A stretch of 63,810 nt of DNA, the filler included, from Reticulomyxa filosa (Eukaryota; Protista; Foraminifera), in assembly GCA_000512085.1 (NCBI GenBank). It is 20 parts of 20 records of this genome, joined end to end, with 100 filler letters (N's around TTAATTAATTAA, not from the genome) between each part and the next. Parts side by side here need not be neighbours in the genome. Positions count along the whole stretch, not along the records: positions 21,435 to 23,607 come from ASPP01023988.1; positions 23,708 to 25,520 come from ASPP01019789.1; positions 25,621 to 26,770 come from ASPP01018349.1; positions 26,871 to 37,530 come from ASPP01007810.1; 16 more parts are not named here. The stretch is one strand, 5' to 3'. A program made the position numbers and the translations under genes. Below are positions 21,435-34,795 of the stretch, in pieces (within the stretch, counting starts at the first letter, position 1; each line of letters opens with the position of its first letter). The notes beneath the pieces were generated by a model. That model did no database searches. It was not told the DNA's origin and saw only the letters and a list, made by a program, of their open reading frames with translations.

Positions 21435-23562
21435 CAACAACAACAACAACAACAGGGTAAGAAACAATACGAACAATTGATAGCAGACTCAGCATTAGAT
21501 GTACATACGCGCAAAAAGAAAATAATCGGACTGGTGAACGAGCTGACAGGTCGTAAGGACATTCAGCTGTCACTGGTGACGCAGCCGAAACTGCGACTTG
21601 CATTTGAGAATCAAATGGTGACAAACTTTTTGGACCAATTGAGCATTGACGACTGCGACCAGCCGGCGCCGCCAGTGATCAAGATTGTGCGCGTGAGCTT
21701 CGACTCGGTGAGCATTGAGTTGGCATGTGACGACGAGGTGTTGGTAAACAAAGCGACCGAGTTTGCAGTGGAAGTGGCGCTGATCCACACGGACTCAAAG
21801 GCAAAGCCGAAGAAGCGAAAGCTGAAGGACAAGGACAAGGACAAGGACAAGAAGAGCAAAAAAAGCAAGAAGGAAAAGGACGGCGACAAGGACAGCAAGA
21901 AGTCGAAGAAGAAGAAAAAAAAGGGAAGCGACTCGGACGAGAGCGGCAGTGGCAGTGACAGCGACGAAAAGGAAAAGAGTGAGGAGGACAGTGAGAAGGA
22001 GAGTGGCGACGAGGATGAAGACAGCGAAGAGAAGAGCGCGGACGAAAGCGCAGAGGAAGAAGAGGAGGAAGAGAGCGAGGAAGAAGAGGAGGAAGAAGAA
22101 GAAGAAGAGGAAGAAGAAGAGAGTAGAGATGACAGTGACGATAATAAGGATGGCAAAAAAGACAAGTCGAAAAAAAAAAAATAAAAAGAAGGACGAATTG
22201 GACAAAGAAAGCCTTTCGAAAAAAGACTTGCTGGCTCCCTCTTCACCGACAATCGCGACGACGACGACAGCGCTGGTCACGACTACCATTAGTGGAGAGC
22301 TAACCAAACCCTCGCTCATCACGACTGATACCTTGGGATCTTCGGAAATTACTGGCGATAAGGAAAAGGACAAAGACAATGATAAAGACAAGGACAAAGA
22401 CAAGGACGAAGATGTCGAGTTTGATATGAAGGACGTGGATATGACCAAACTCGAATGGGAAGCGTGCGAACCTGTCAAAATCCCCAAAAAATATCTCGAA
22501 GTCAGTCGCTACAAAACCTCGCGTAAATACTCCAACGTGGTCAAACAGCTTCTGGACAAATCCGAATATGCCATTCGCGCACGTGCCAAAAACAGCAGTG
22601 GATGGGGGGACTGGTGTGTTCCGCTCACCTTAACCACTAAGAAGTTGACCATTGATTCCAAGATCCTCAAGCCCAAAGAAAAGAAAATGCTCATCCGATG
22701 GCTGCCCAAAAAAGATCGTGCAAAACGATGGAAGTTAATGTACCGTGCAAGCAAAGATGGATTCAACGGAGCTCAATTCCATGCCAAATGTGATAACAAA
22801 GGTTAGTTTTTTTTTTTGCATGTAATTGTTTACGGGAGTGTATGTGCGTGCATGCGTGATGTGTACGTAACGAGAATTTGATTGATCACAATCTTTTTAT
22901 TATTGTATAAAATCAATTGTGTAAAAATAAAAAAATAAAAAAATAAAAAATAAAATGTTAATAATCAATAATTACTTATCAAATTTTGATTTTTTTTTTT
23001 TTTTAGGTGCACCGACGGTTACAGTAATCGAATCGACAATGAACCACGTGTTTGGTGGATACACTACTATTCCTTGGACCTCGAACAACAACTACGCTTC
23101 CGATACCAACTCGTACATCTTTTTGGCAAGAGCCGGCAAGAGTGTTACTCCAAAGAGTGGCAAATGGAAGGTCACACAGACACAATACAGTGTTTATCAT
23201 GGCAGCAGCTATGGACCATCTTTCGGTATGTGATGCAAGTTGAAACATTACATGCGATATAATGTCTTCACAAAAGAGAGAGGAAAGAGTGTATATGTTT
23301 CATATTGCATTGTGGTGACAATCTTCAACTCATAGGGGGTGGTTATGATTTTTATTTGGCAAGTGGTTGCAACGTTAACACCACCAGTTATGCAAATGCC
23401 GGTCACAGTTATGCATGCCCCAAAAATAACACGTTGCTCGCCGGACAATACAACTTTATGGTCAAGGAGTTTGAGGTATGCTCAAACAATTTCTACAAAC
23501 TTGCTTTTTTTTTAAACATTATTTTTTTTTTTAAATTACAGGTTTATTTGCTGACAAAATGA
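21435..23562 (+). CDS. Fibronectin type III plus TLDc domain protein (5'-partial, introns, apparent homopolymer frameshift at ~22180)
   Basis: EYAIRARAKNSSGWGDW (FN3). WKLMYRASKDGFNGAQFHAKCDNKGAPTVTVI...VFGGYT..PW...YGPSFGGGYD...EFEVY (TLDc). Confidence 0.88.
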
Positions 23563-24279
23563 GTGGTATCGATTGCCAGAAGAAAAAATTAAACCTTTTG
23601 CTTCATCNNNNNNNNNNNNNNNNNNNNNNNNNNNNNNNNNNNNNNNNNNNNTTAATTAATTAANNNNNNNNNNNNNNNNNNNNNNNNNNNNNNNNNNNNN
23701 NNNNNNNTTGAAAATAAAAAAAAGTGTTCAAAAATTTAAAAGGAAAAAAAATAACAAAAGATGACAATGAGAAAAATAAAGAAAAAAAGAAAAGAAAGAT
23801 AGAAAAAAAAAATTAAAAAAGCAAAAAAAAAAACGAAGAAAAAAAAGAAAAAAAAGATAAGAGAAAAAGTAGAAGAAATTGGAAAAAGAAAAAAGGCAGA
23901 TTATGCCCTACGCAGCGTTGATTTATTTAAAAAATGGGTTTGCTATTCACGCATGCGAATGGAGGCGTTGGCGTTTCGACAATGTGCCTACTTCACATAG
24001 AGCGCACAAGTGGAAGCTCCTGAACATGAACGATCCGTAATGGCAATCGAAAGAATTGTAAAGACTTGGCATGCAGTGAAGACGAACAAGTAAAATCGGC
24101 GTTGTTGGAGTGTTGCAAATTTTATGGACATTGAACAACAATCTATGATTGGATAACTATTGCTCATGTCGAACTGATTACGGAAATGAACCTAATTTAT
24201 AAAGACAGAGATCGTGAGAAACGTGTCGTGTGTGCGCAAAATCGCGGTTGAGTTTTGATTGTGAGCTCGTGGGCGACGT

Positions 24280-24640
24280 TGGGTATTGTTGGTCAGTGAA
24301 GAACAGACAGAGTTAGTTGCATTTTCCGACTTATGTGCCTTGCGTTTGCCGAGAAAGTGCATATTATCTTTACCAAACTGCACCTGGACTCGACTATGGA
24401 ATACGAATGGCGTGTTGGGTACTCAAGGAAGCAAGAAAAAAGAAGAGCAACGAATACGTCTAATAAAAAAATAGAACACAAATGGTACAATCACTCGTTG
24501 CAATACTTAAGTCCATTCGGTCCGGCCAAAGTGTATCCTTCATCACAAGGCCGAAGAGAGCAGATGGACTTGTAATTGGAAACACCACGATATAAAATTG
24601 GGACATTGTGGCAAGATTCTATCAAATCAATATCAAATAA
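24280..24640 (+). mobile_element. Possible decayed retroelement/chromodomain remnant
   Basis: IEHKWYNHSLQYL...WDIVARFYQ resembles a chromodomain; the sequence is heavily disrupted. Confidence 0.25.
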
Positions 24641-25648
24641 TACCTAGACCTTGGTGCTGTCAAACATAGAAGCAAGTTCGCCAGTAAGAAAAAAAGAAAC
24701 GGTGATGGCACGCAAAGTAATAGGGATATCGATATTATGGTACAGCGACGACAGCAGTGGCCGGACCGACGAAGAAGTGGAAAGCGAGTAAGAAAAAATC
24801 AAGGATATCGTCAAAAAAATAATTAACATGGACAGCGAGCAAACCACTGCATCGTGGGAATCATCACGTGTAAGAGTGGTTCAATTTAGCCTGCGAAACT
24901 TACAAGACACCGCAAGAGATCAGAGGAGGAGGAAGATGAAGAGATAAGAGCGTTTCGAAATTATATCGCGTTAAATTTGTCTAAAAAAAATAATAATAAT
25001 AAAAAACAACCAGTAGGCAGGCTTTATTGAAATTGGTATATGGACTTATTTTTTTACGCCTGGAAACGTGCAAAATCTCCACTTGCGAAAGTGTTGAGCG
25101 AATATGGCAATTTCTAGAAGTGCTATTATGTATTTGAAAGAACTTGTTTGCCATCAACATAGGCAACACACAAGTCTCGGCGCTTTGACATGCCAAGAAT
25201 TATCCGCAAATAAATAATCCAACCTCGATCTACCAGCGCCAACAGCAAGGGAAACTCTGTCATTATTGAAATGATGTTAATTTTATAAACGTAAGATAAT
25301 AATTGTGTCGAAATTAGTTTTGTGTGCGCACATGCGCAAATTTGGCTTTAAGTCATGCGCGTGCTGATAAGAGGAATTGTAAGCTCACTGGCGACATCGA
25401 GCATTGCGCATTCTCAAACATGAAATTCGTTCACATAGTGTGTACCCTCTCCACTCCAATGGAAGTTACTGCACGGGTGTGAATATCAAGCGCAGTCCAA
25501 TGACAACCTTTCGTTTATCGNNNNNNNNNNNNNNNNNNNNNNNNNNNNNNNNNNNNNNNNNNNNTTAATTAATTAANNNNNNNNNNNNNNNNNNNNNNNN
25601 NNNNNNNNNNNNNNNNNNNNCTCAAATAAACGTTACTAAGGCACCGAA

Positions 25649-26770
25649 CTAGTTCAGCTGAACCTGCCCGGCGCCCTGAAAACTCTCGGTGCCCGAGGTA
25701 ATAATTTGATCGCCGGCCTGCAGGCCACGCAAAATTTCCACCGCATTGATGCTGCGCGCGCCGGTTTCAACCGGGGTTTTCAGCGCCATGCCGTCCTGCA
25801 CCCGATAGACATAACGCCCATTGCTGCTATCCAGAAACTGGCCCCGCGCCACTTGTAAAACACCTGTGCGCTGCTCTAACAGAATGCGTCCGCTGAGCCG
25901 TTGGTTTTGCCGCAGCTGCGCTGGCATCTTGTCACTAAAACGCACCCGCCCTTTCACCTGATTGTCCAGCACTTCAGGCGAAATCGTCACCAAGCGACCA
26001 GGGTATGCCTGACCATCCACACTGAGCTCAACCGCAAGACCTATCGACAAATCATTGGCATAACTTTCCGGCACTAACACTTCCACTTCAAAATTCGCCA
26101 GGTCCACCACCGACAACATCAACTGGTTTTTTGCCAGATAGGTTTTATTATCGACAGCTAAATTACCCAGGATGCCATCGACCGGTGATCGCACCTGCAG
26201 ACTGTCGACCTGACGCTGATAGTCGTCCATCAGCAAGCGTTGCCGCTCGAGCTGCTGCGCCAGGCTTTTTAATTCAAAATCAGGTTTTCTTTATTCAGCA
26301 GGGCATCTGCTTCGGCATGACGGAACTGGACCGGGCAGTATCCAGCTCATCATTGGCTTTTTGATAATCCAGTGCACTGACGGCTTTGATGGCAAAAGCT
26401 TGCTGATGACGGCGCTTTTCGCGCTCGGCAGTGGTCAGCGTCATGCGGGCAATATCAACAGCTTTGACATCGGCTAATAGCTGTTTTTTGACCAGAATTT
26501 GCTGACGTTCGTAGGCGGTTTGCAGGCTGTAAAAAGTGGCTTGTTCCTGACGCAAGCGGGAGCTGAGTTCGGGGCTATCGATCACAGCCAGCACCTGGCC
26601 TTTTTTAACAGAGGTACCGGCGTCGAGTAATAAAGTGACAGTACCATCCGCGGGAGCATACAGCTTGGGGCTGATTGCCGCCACCACCTGCCCTTGCGCG
26701 CTGATATCACGGACAAAATCAGCCACTTTGACGGTATCCAGCCGCACTCTGGCCAGCGGCACCGCCAGTT
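25649..26770 (-). CDS. Bacterial efflux/ABC transporter periplasmic adaptor (HlyD/MacA-like membrane fusion protein), 5'-truncated, frameshift at ~26320; probable contaminant contig
   Basis: LYAPADGTV...VKKGQVLA and VRSPVDGIL lipoyl half-motifs, plus VEILRGLQAGDQII. Much higher GC, no introns, proteobacterial-like codon usage. Confidence 0.9.
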
Positions 26771-26870
26771 NNNNNNNNNNNNNNNNNNNNNNNNNNNNNN
26801 NNNNNNNNNNNNNNTTAATTAATTAANNNNNNNNNNNNNNNNNNNNNNNNNNNNNNNNNNNNNNNNNNNN

Positions 26871-26910
<40 letters not shown>

Positions 26911-27003
26911 TTACTGGTTAATAATCCAAACCAAATTAAATAAAAAAAAAAAAATTGAAATTATATACATATACATATAATATATATGTATATGTATATA
27001 ATT

Positions 27004-27840
27004 TCAACCCCTTTGATAAAAAAAATTTGAACCTTGTTCCATTAGCTGCTTTCGCAGTTTTCGGACCCGTTCTCGTCGCTTTTTGTTTTGGGTAAAAACG
27101 AGTTGTGTGTTGTGGTCTTTGACGTCTTCGTATTGAAATGGAATCGCACACGAAAATAAACCGCGAGTCGGTTTGGAAGACAGCTTCGTAACCACGGCGG
27201 TGTATCTTTCATCTCTGTAAATAAACCTCTTCGATTGGCTATCCATCGCAATGTGAAAAGGTGCACTCAGATTGCTCCCCCAAAAAAAGGGGCTGCCATA
27301 GATAGTCCCCGCCAACGCGCTCTTGGAACTTGTGTAATCGCCAAAGCCAATACCTTTCATTTCTGTCAGGTCCGCCACGGCTGTGGGGTCGTGGGATATG
27401 TCCCCCACTGATGCTGTCGAACGGTACGTAGTTTGATACATGTCCATCGCCATACTATGTAGGTGATGTTCGGGGAGCTCCGCGTTCAATCCTTTTGGAG
27501 ATGCTTTCACATATGTTATCCTTGAATTGTTCGCCGAACTTATTCCAAAATACACTTTATTGTGCTTCGGATGTTGACACATATGCAACCAATAGCTGTG
27601 ATTTGGACGCAATGTGTCTGGGTCTTGGGCATCCTTGTTGTACACTGAATTCTCTGTGTTTTCTGGGAAATAGACGCTGTTCAACAAAAACGCTGAGGCC
27701 GGAACTGCTTGGGAAAAATTCAACAACCAGTCTCCACTGAAATCGAAGCGAGATACCAGTGAAGCAAATGGACATCCTGCATGGATTACTTGCAAATGAT
27801 AATGTATCAATAAAATATATATCAATATAATACCCGACAT
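27004..27840 (-). CDS. Hypothetical secreted protein (3' end possibly spliced or truncated)
   Basis: 278-aa ATG ORF with a hydrophobic signal peptide followed by GCPF; no family recognised. Confidence 0.6.
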   Translation of the reverse strand: MSGIILIYILLIHYHLQVIHAGCPFASLVSRFDFSGDWLLNFSQAVPASAFLLNSVYFPENTENSVYNKDAQDPDTLRPNHSYWLHMCQHPKHNKVYFGISSANNSRITYVKASPKGLNAELPEHHLHSMAMDMYQTTYRSTASVGDISHDPTAVADLTEMKGIGFGDYTSSKSALAGTIYGSPFFWGSNLSAPFHIAMDSQSKRFIYRDERYTAVVTKLSSKPTRGLFSCAIPFQYEDVKDHNTQLVFTQNKKRRERVRKLRKQLMEQGSNFFYQRG

Positions 27841-28404
27841 TTTTTGTTTCGAAACTTCTCCTTTCCTGGGCTTGCGACTTGTTAAGTGTCTTCTTTTTTA
27901 GAGAAAAATATTGACCATTCCGCTTTCAAAGAAAAATCACATATACACAAGGTAATCGCAAAGAATACTAAATTATTTAAGACCAAGAAATTTGAGAAGT
28001 GAATGACAATATTTCTTTGTTCAATAAACTTCAAATATTCAAAGAACAACAAAATAAATATCAAAATAATATGTCTGTCAAAAAATTTTTACAATTATGA
28101 AATTGTTGCAAAAAAAATTTCTTCTTTTTTGTTTGAGACAAAATAAATTTAATCTTTTTGAAAATTGTTTATTAAATACGACTCTTGGAAGCATAACAAA
28201 TACAATACGGTAAATATTGTGACGCCGTACGGTAGATTAGTCAGTATAGTGGTGTGTCTACAATTGTTACATTAAAAAAATAAATTTAACATACATCTTG
28301 TCATTAGACCAAACGTAAGATAATGGTCAATTGAGAAACTGAGATAAAGTGGGAGATAGACCATCTTCCCATATTGTTAATGTCCAAAATCTCAAAATGG
28401 GAGG

Positions 28405-28550
28405 AAAAAAGTGGAACTGGAGAAGCGCAATCCAGGTCGCAGTGCAGAAACAGAACTATTACGGTGGTCGCCGAATTCGGAGGGTTCGGCGCTCGACCAC
28501 CGAGGCCAGAACAAACGAAGAGCCCCCATGCTCAATAAAGACAGTCTTAA
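28405..28550 (-). ncRNA. Candidate structured RNA
   Basis: GC-rich intergenic island with a long hairpin at 28462-28502, a hairpin at 28417-28435 resembling U2 stem-loop IV, and a T6 tract at its minus-strand 3' end. Confidence 0.35.
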
Positions 28551-29346
28551 CTTTGAATTTATTTCGAAAAACTTATACTTAAATTGAAATTGAAAAAAAT
28601 GATAAGTTAAAATTACCAGATAATTTTATTTTTAACATTTGGCTGCATATCCCTGTAACTCAGAGACATAATGCCATCTATCACTGTTAAGAACTCATTT
28701 CGAAATTTTTTGGTGAAGCAAAATCCTTTAATAAAAGTCGTTAACGTACACATGTAGGAAGCTGACTAGTTTGTCTAGGCTGAAATGTTAAGTGTAATAC
28801 GAATAGTTGCTCTTTGAGCAATCTTTCAAAAACAAATTAGTTTAAATAAAAGAAGAATATAAACAACGACAATAACAACAACAAGAGAATAAGAGAGGTT
28901 GGAAGAAAAGGTAAGTTGTTGTAAAAAAGGGTTTCCTGAGTTACGCAGGAACTTCCCTTTATACTGTTAGGGCCTTGCCTACACACAGTTTCTGTGATTT
29001 ATATTACATTATATCTAGCCAATGTTAGCTTCCTTTTAAAAACAACTTCTTAAAGTTGTACTACTAACTTTCAATTCACAAATTGGTATCGAACAAGTTG
29101 TAGTGGCTGTAGTTCAATTAATAAATATAATATAAAAGGTGCTCTTCTCGAGCCAATTTAATGAATTGAATAAAATATAGAAAGCGAAATAAGAGTGAAA
29201 AACTAGTACACACAAAAAAGAACATTTTATATTTGCAAAAGAAAAAAAGGAAAGCGAACATGTACACATGCCTTCCTTAAAAGCAAAGACTTTTTTTGGG
29301 TGAAATCCTGTACAAAAAAAAATAACTTAATATCATCCGTCACATA

Positions 29347-30552
29347 ATGTCTAAACAACTGGAGGTGACCTCGGCCTCAACAAATTTGGTGGTCAAAGAG
29401 ATGACCCCGTTGAGTTTAAGTTTAGACATTTTGAGTTGTTTGGATGAGTTGATCGATACTGAAGCGTGGGTGGGAAGTTTGGAATTTGATGAAGGTTTGT
29501 GATAACTTGTGTGGGGGGGTCTCCGTCCCTCATGTACATTAAGGGAAGAGAGGGTAGAAAAAAAAACAAAACAAAACAAAAAAAAAAGCAGAAAGATGAA
29601 CAAACAAACAAGCAAACAAAAACTAGAAGAAGAAGAAACACCAGTTGAAGAAGATGAAGATGAGGACGAGCTAGAAAAAAGTACAAGTGGCGGGCCAGAA
29701 CCCAACGCAATGCCACGATGGGTGGCATCAATATCCAATGTAAAGGACAAGCCAACAAAGGAAAAAAAAGAGCAGGAATCGAAAAGTGGCAACAATGAGA
29801 AGCAAACATTATCACCATTGCCAAGTTTAATCGAGACCATTCAATCGATCGATCTGGTGGAAACCCGCAAGAAGCTCAATTCGATCAGCGAGGCCAATCC
29901 AAACGCACACTTACTGGTGAATTTGGACCTGGATGAACGCGATGATAAAAAAACTCAGTTGGAGTTTAACACCGCTCGTCAACAAGTGCTCAAGCTTCCC
30001 CAGCTGTCGGGATGGGTTACAAAAAAATCAGGTTTTTTAAAAAAAAAAAAAAAATACTAAACATATTGGAAATTTTTTTTTATTTTTTTATGTGTACATG
30101 TATATTTTTTTTTGGGGGGGGGACCTCGCAAAAATACATTTTGCTTTTGAATCAAAAAAAAAAATAAATAAATAACTTTTAAATCTTGCATTATATACAT
30201 ATCTAATTCAGGAGGGAAGATTGGCCGATGGCAAAAACGGTGGCTAGTGGTCAGACCTACACACTTGCTGTGGAGCAAAAAAGTGGAGGAAATTGACAAT
30301 CCCTTGGACGTAAAGGAACGACGAAAGTTCCAAAATTGTGTGCCCCTGTTGCAAGTAAACGAAGTGAAAAAAGTAAATAGCACCAAGGGAAGGAAATTTA
30401 GTGTCGTTACTGTTGCTCGAGTTTATGCGTTTAGGGCACCCTCCAAAGAGGAAAGAGACCAATGGGTGGCTGGTCTAAATGCCCATTTGCAAGCCTTACA
30501 ACACACTATGACATTTTTGGCTGGAAATGGACTTCATTTTAAAAATAAATAA
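29347..30552 (+). CDS. PH-domain protein (multi-exon)
   Basis: LSGWVTKKSG/GKIGRWQKRWLVV...FSVVTVARVYAFRAPSKEERDQWVAGL. Confidence 0.85.
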
Positions 30553-33244
30553 TTCCTTTTGTTTGTTTGTTTTTCTATTCCTTTTTTATTTTATCTCACC
30601 TCCTTTGCCTCTTCCTCCCTCCTTTTCCTTCCCTTTTTTTTTCTTATCTTCTTGTAGATCGTATTGCGAAAAAATGTGTTCTCAAAAAAAATTCATTAAA
30701 TTGGCTGTAATCCAATTGAATGCAAAAAAAAAAACAAAGGGCACATTGCAAGACTAAACTGTAAGAATAAAGTAACATCATACAAATAAATAAATTTTAT
30801 GTGTAACATAGTCTTTGCCCACCGCTTTACAATGATTGATAAATAAAAAACAGTAATAAAATAGTTTATCAAGCGAGCCTCTTTTCTTCTCGATTGCAAC
30901 TTTTTTTTTCTGTAGAAAGGTACAATGACTCATCAAGGTCACCTTTACAAAAAGTTTGAAGTAATGTACAACAGTAAATCGAAGAGCACTTGGCATATTG
31001 TTGAATATACCATGAAATGAAAATGCTATAATTTATAAATGCAATTTCTTGTCATAATATTGCTGTCGTTTTTCTGATTAAATGTAAATTGTTGAATAAT
31101 ATCAAATTAGAGCGTAAAAAAACGAACACATAATCCATATCTTATAAATCGGTAAAATTTTGGCTGTTTGTCTAATTGTTGGGATTTAAATGTTCTGTTA
31201 ACTGAAGTTTGTCCTATTTTTTATTAAGTCTTCCGTTTATATTTTCACTGCATTAAAGACTTTTGCCATACTTTTTATACTTTGATCAATGATAGACAAA
31301 ACTTAAACTTCCGGATAATATCGGCAAATAAAAATATTACAGAGTATTCTTAAATACTGAGATTTTTATGCTTAAATATTAGTGAATAAAGGTATTCAAT
31401 ATTAAAGACACAAAGACAATTTCGATCATGTTAGAATCATTTTTGTCTCAGCGAAATGACAAACAATTTAAACGTTTGTTTGAGTTACAATACTTTAACA
31501 TATACCATATCATAGTTTTAAGGTGATTAATTTTTGTGACGCCCAGACGAAAAATTGATTTTGTTGTTTTGTCTTTCGAAATTTGATAAGTTCACAATTT
31601 TGTGGCTTCGAGGTGGGTTATTCTCAATTAAATTCTTTGCTTCTTGTCCTTCTCCAGTGCTCAACAAGCCTGGGTCTACAGTAGTGGCCCTGCCCCACGT
31701 ACTTGCTATTCAAAGACAATAAAATTAAATATCAATTTTTTATTGCTAACAAACAAGTTTTAACGGCTAATTATTGACAATCGGATTTTTGTGTCATCTT
31801 CAGAATAGCCTTCAAAAGTTTCACCAGACTGAACACTCAAAAAATTGGGCGATTCACAGGATATTTTCATATTCTGTGAGCGATCCGTGTGGGGGTCATC
31901 GTCTTGTGAATAATCACAACAACTATCTGAAAGTCCCATTTTGAAGAACAAAAGTGAGAAAATCAAAACATAACGATTGATGCTAATGTTGTGCTCATAA
32001 GATATTCAATAATTAGGAAAAGTTATGATGCTAAGATTAAATGCTATAGTAAGCGTATCTTGCATCGATTCAACAAATAGAACAAAGGCACCATGTGAAT
32101 TATCTTAAATATTACAGTCTTTCTCATTGTTTATGTCAATCCTTAAAAATAAGACCACCACTGGTTTTTTTTATATTGCCTCTCTTTCATTTCCAATCAA
32201 AATTTGCATAATTTTTTATTTCCTGCTTCCACAATTTATTAAATGGTTGCATTTTCGGTGAAAGTTAATCTCTATAATCAATAGATAAAACATCCATCTA
32301 AAATTTGACTTTTCTTTTTCCAGAAGATTCAGTTTCAAAAAATTTGTTGAAGAACATTCCAACACTGACCTTGTTTCCCTCTCCAGTTTATTTGATCCTT
32401 TTTTCACAGTTTTGTTCTATTATTATTGTTATGCTTTTGACTGGCAAGCCCACACTTTCTAAAGTATGGAGGGCCGATTTCCGTCGACAGAGGTGTACTG
32501 CATGTTTTCGGCTAGATCAGATGCCATTGGCGGTCATGTTATGTAATTACTGTAAATACCAAAAATGTGAGGAAGGACACTTCAAAGTAATTCGGAGCAG
32601 ATACGAACGTGCAATATGGCACTACTATTTTTAGATCTCTTGAATTTTAAAACACCAAATTAAGAGAAATTAAGAAATTCAAATTTTGGTTGATTTACTC
32701 TTTCAAACAGAACAATATTTCTAGATATAAAAGCTGTTAAACAAGAAATTTGCAATCTGCAATAAAATCGCCAAAGATTTTTCGGATAAATCCCAAAAAC
32801 GTTTTTTAAAATCAGTCCAAAATATGCCAGTTCATTTTTCTTTTTGTTAACTTCCATGACAATTCAAAATTGAGTTACGATATTTCAGACACTGTAAAAA
32901 TGTAACAAGTTTTCAATGGAAAACCTACTTGTTTAAACTTTGTTTGTCAATATTTTTGCTATTCTCCGTGTATAATTACTCCAAGTTCACAACCAATTGA
33001 TTACTTAAAATCATGTATCAAAAAAAGAGACAAAAGAAGACTACATCATTAATGCCATTTTTGAGAGGAAAAAAAATTTATTTATTTATTATTTAATTCG
33101 TTTACGCCTGGAATGTGGCAAGAGGGGGGGGTGGAAAAAAGTTCTGTAATTATCAACTCAAAAACAAACAATGAAGAGGACAAAGAGGACGGGGGAAGAG
33201 AAAAAAATAAGCAAGCAAAAAAAAAAAAGAACTATGGAGCCCAC

Positions 33245-34408
33245 TCAAACAAGAGTGCAACATCCTTTGCTATCCGTTTTTGTTTTAGTTGGAGAGTTCT
33301 TCTTGGCCAAGTCGTCAGCAGTAATTCTATTTGGATCAGCACTTTCCGCTGGCAGAGCTTGATCTAATTTTTTTTTGTTTTTCATTACTTTTGTAATAAT
33401 AAAGTTCATGCCTTTTTTGATATTCAAGCCAGACTTCGCACTCGTTGTAAACCTGTTTTTTTTTTTGAATACAAAAAAAAAGTTTTTCAAGTTTTTGATT
33501 TTTTTTTTTTTGCAATATTCAAAACATACTCCTTTTTCCTTCCATATTTGTTTTTTTTTATTTATATACATATATATAAATTTGTAACATTTACCATCCA
33601 ACGAAATGGTTTTGTTCACAAAAAGCGTCCAATTCTTCGTCGGTAAGACAACGAAGACTTTCATTTTCTTCAATCAAATCCCATTTATTTGCAAACAAAA
33701 CCACGGGGATGTTGTCTCCATTTCTTAGGAATACTTTCTCGTCGACATCTACTTTCCATTTCTTTGCTCCATTTAATGTGTCCTTCTGGGTGATATCAAA
33801 CACTACTATTGCCGCCACTGCGTGTTTATAATATGTCGGTGCCAATCCAATGAACCTCTCTTGTCCTAAGGTAATTCCATCCCCATCATAACACGATCCA
33901 CATGATTTTTTTTTTTTAAGGGGGCAGAGGGAGGGGGGGGGGGGAGAGAAAATTAAGTTCCAAGGAAACCTAAATTTTTTTTTTTGTTTCCCTTATTTCT
34001 ATCTGAGATGTCCCCCTTTTGCTTAGGAGTTAGTTATTAGTTAAAACCCCCTTTTTTTTTTTTGTTTCTGTTAGTTTTTTTAAAACTTAAAAAAAAAAAA
34101 AAGGGGGACAATGAAATGATTTGACTATGTTTAATTATTATTGGAGTGGAACAAAAAAAAAAAGGAGAAAAGAGAGATAAGGGGAAGAGAAAAAAAACAT
34201 CTTAAACATACCAGCAATGTCCCACATTTGCACGTTCAGCAAAGTGTCTTCGACACGTACTCTCTTCAATGCAAAGTCAACTCCTAGTGTTGCGTGGTGA
34301 TTTTCAGGAAAGGTTTTATACACATATCGTTGGATGATCGATGTTTTGCCAGTACATACGTCTCCAATCACCAATATTTTGGCAACAGTTCCTTTTTCTT
34401 CGCGACTC
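33245..34408 (-). CDS. Rab32/38-like small GTPase (multi-exon, start exon not resolved)
   Basis: GDVCTGKTS P-loop, TLGVDFALK, WDIAGQERF (Rab32/38 signature), NKWDL, TSAK and a C-terminal GCCTLV prenylation motif. Confidence 0.88.
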
Positions 34409-34795
34409 TATGTTGTTTTGTATTGTGTTGCACCTACTAGATATTTTTCTTTGATTTTCTCTGCATTTTTTTTTTTGCCTCAAGCTTTGAAGGTATGAAC
34501 ATGTATCCAAGAGAGGACAAAATGCAACAACATTTTTCTTTTTTTTGACATACCATACTCCCAGCAAATTATTTGAACGAAAAAATGAATGAAAGGATGA
34601 AATCAGTTGGCGCAAACTTCGAATTCAAAAATTGATATTGGGAACCACCCGCGTAACTGTGCCGCACGAAGCTTTGCGCTACTCTTCAAGAGTTTAAACG
34701 TCTAAAATAAGGACAGAAAGGACACTTTCCCTCACGCTTATGAGCAGTAGTTATGTCTTGCCCGATTTACATTTTACGTTGGTTATACAGACTCC

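Noticed and set aside
22170-22185. Programmed frameshift at a poly-A run (similar shift in a G-run at ~39590)
   Set aside because: Homopolymer sequencing or assembly error is the simpler explanation in this fragmented assembly.
21570-22487. Long antisense or alternative-frame ORFs (also at 5974-6615, 10240-11103 and 46409-47281)
   Set aside because: They are shadows of low-complexity or GC-richer sense coding sequence.
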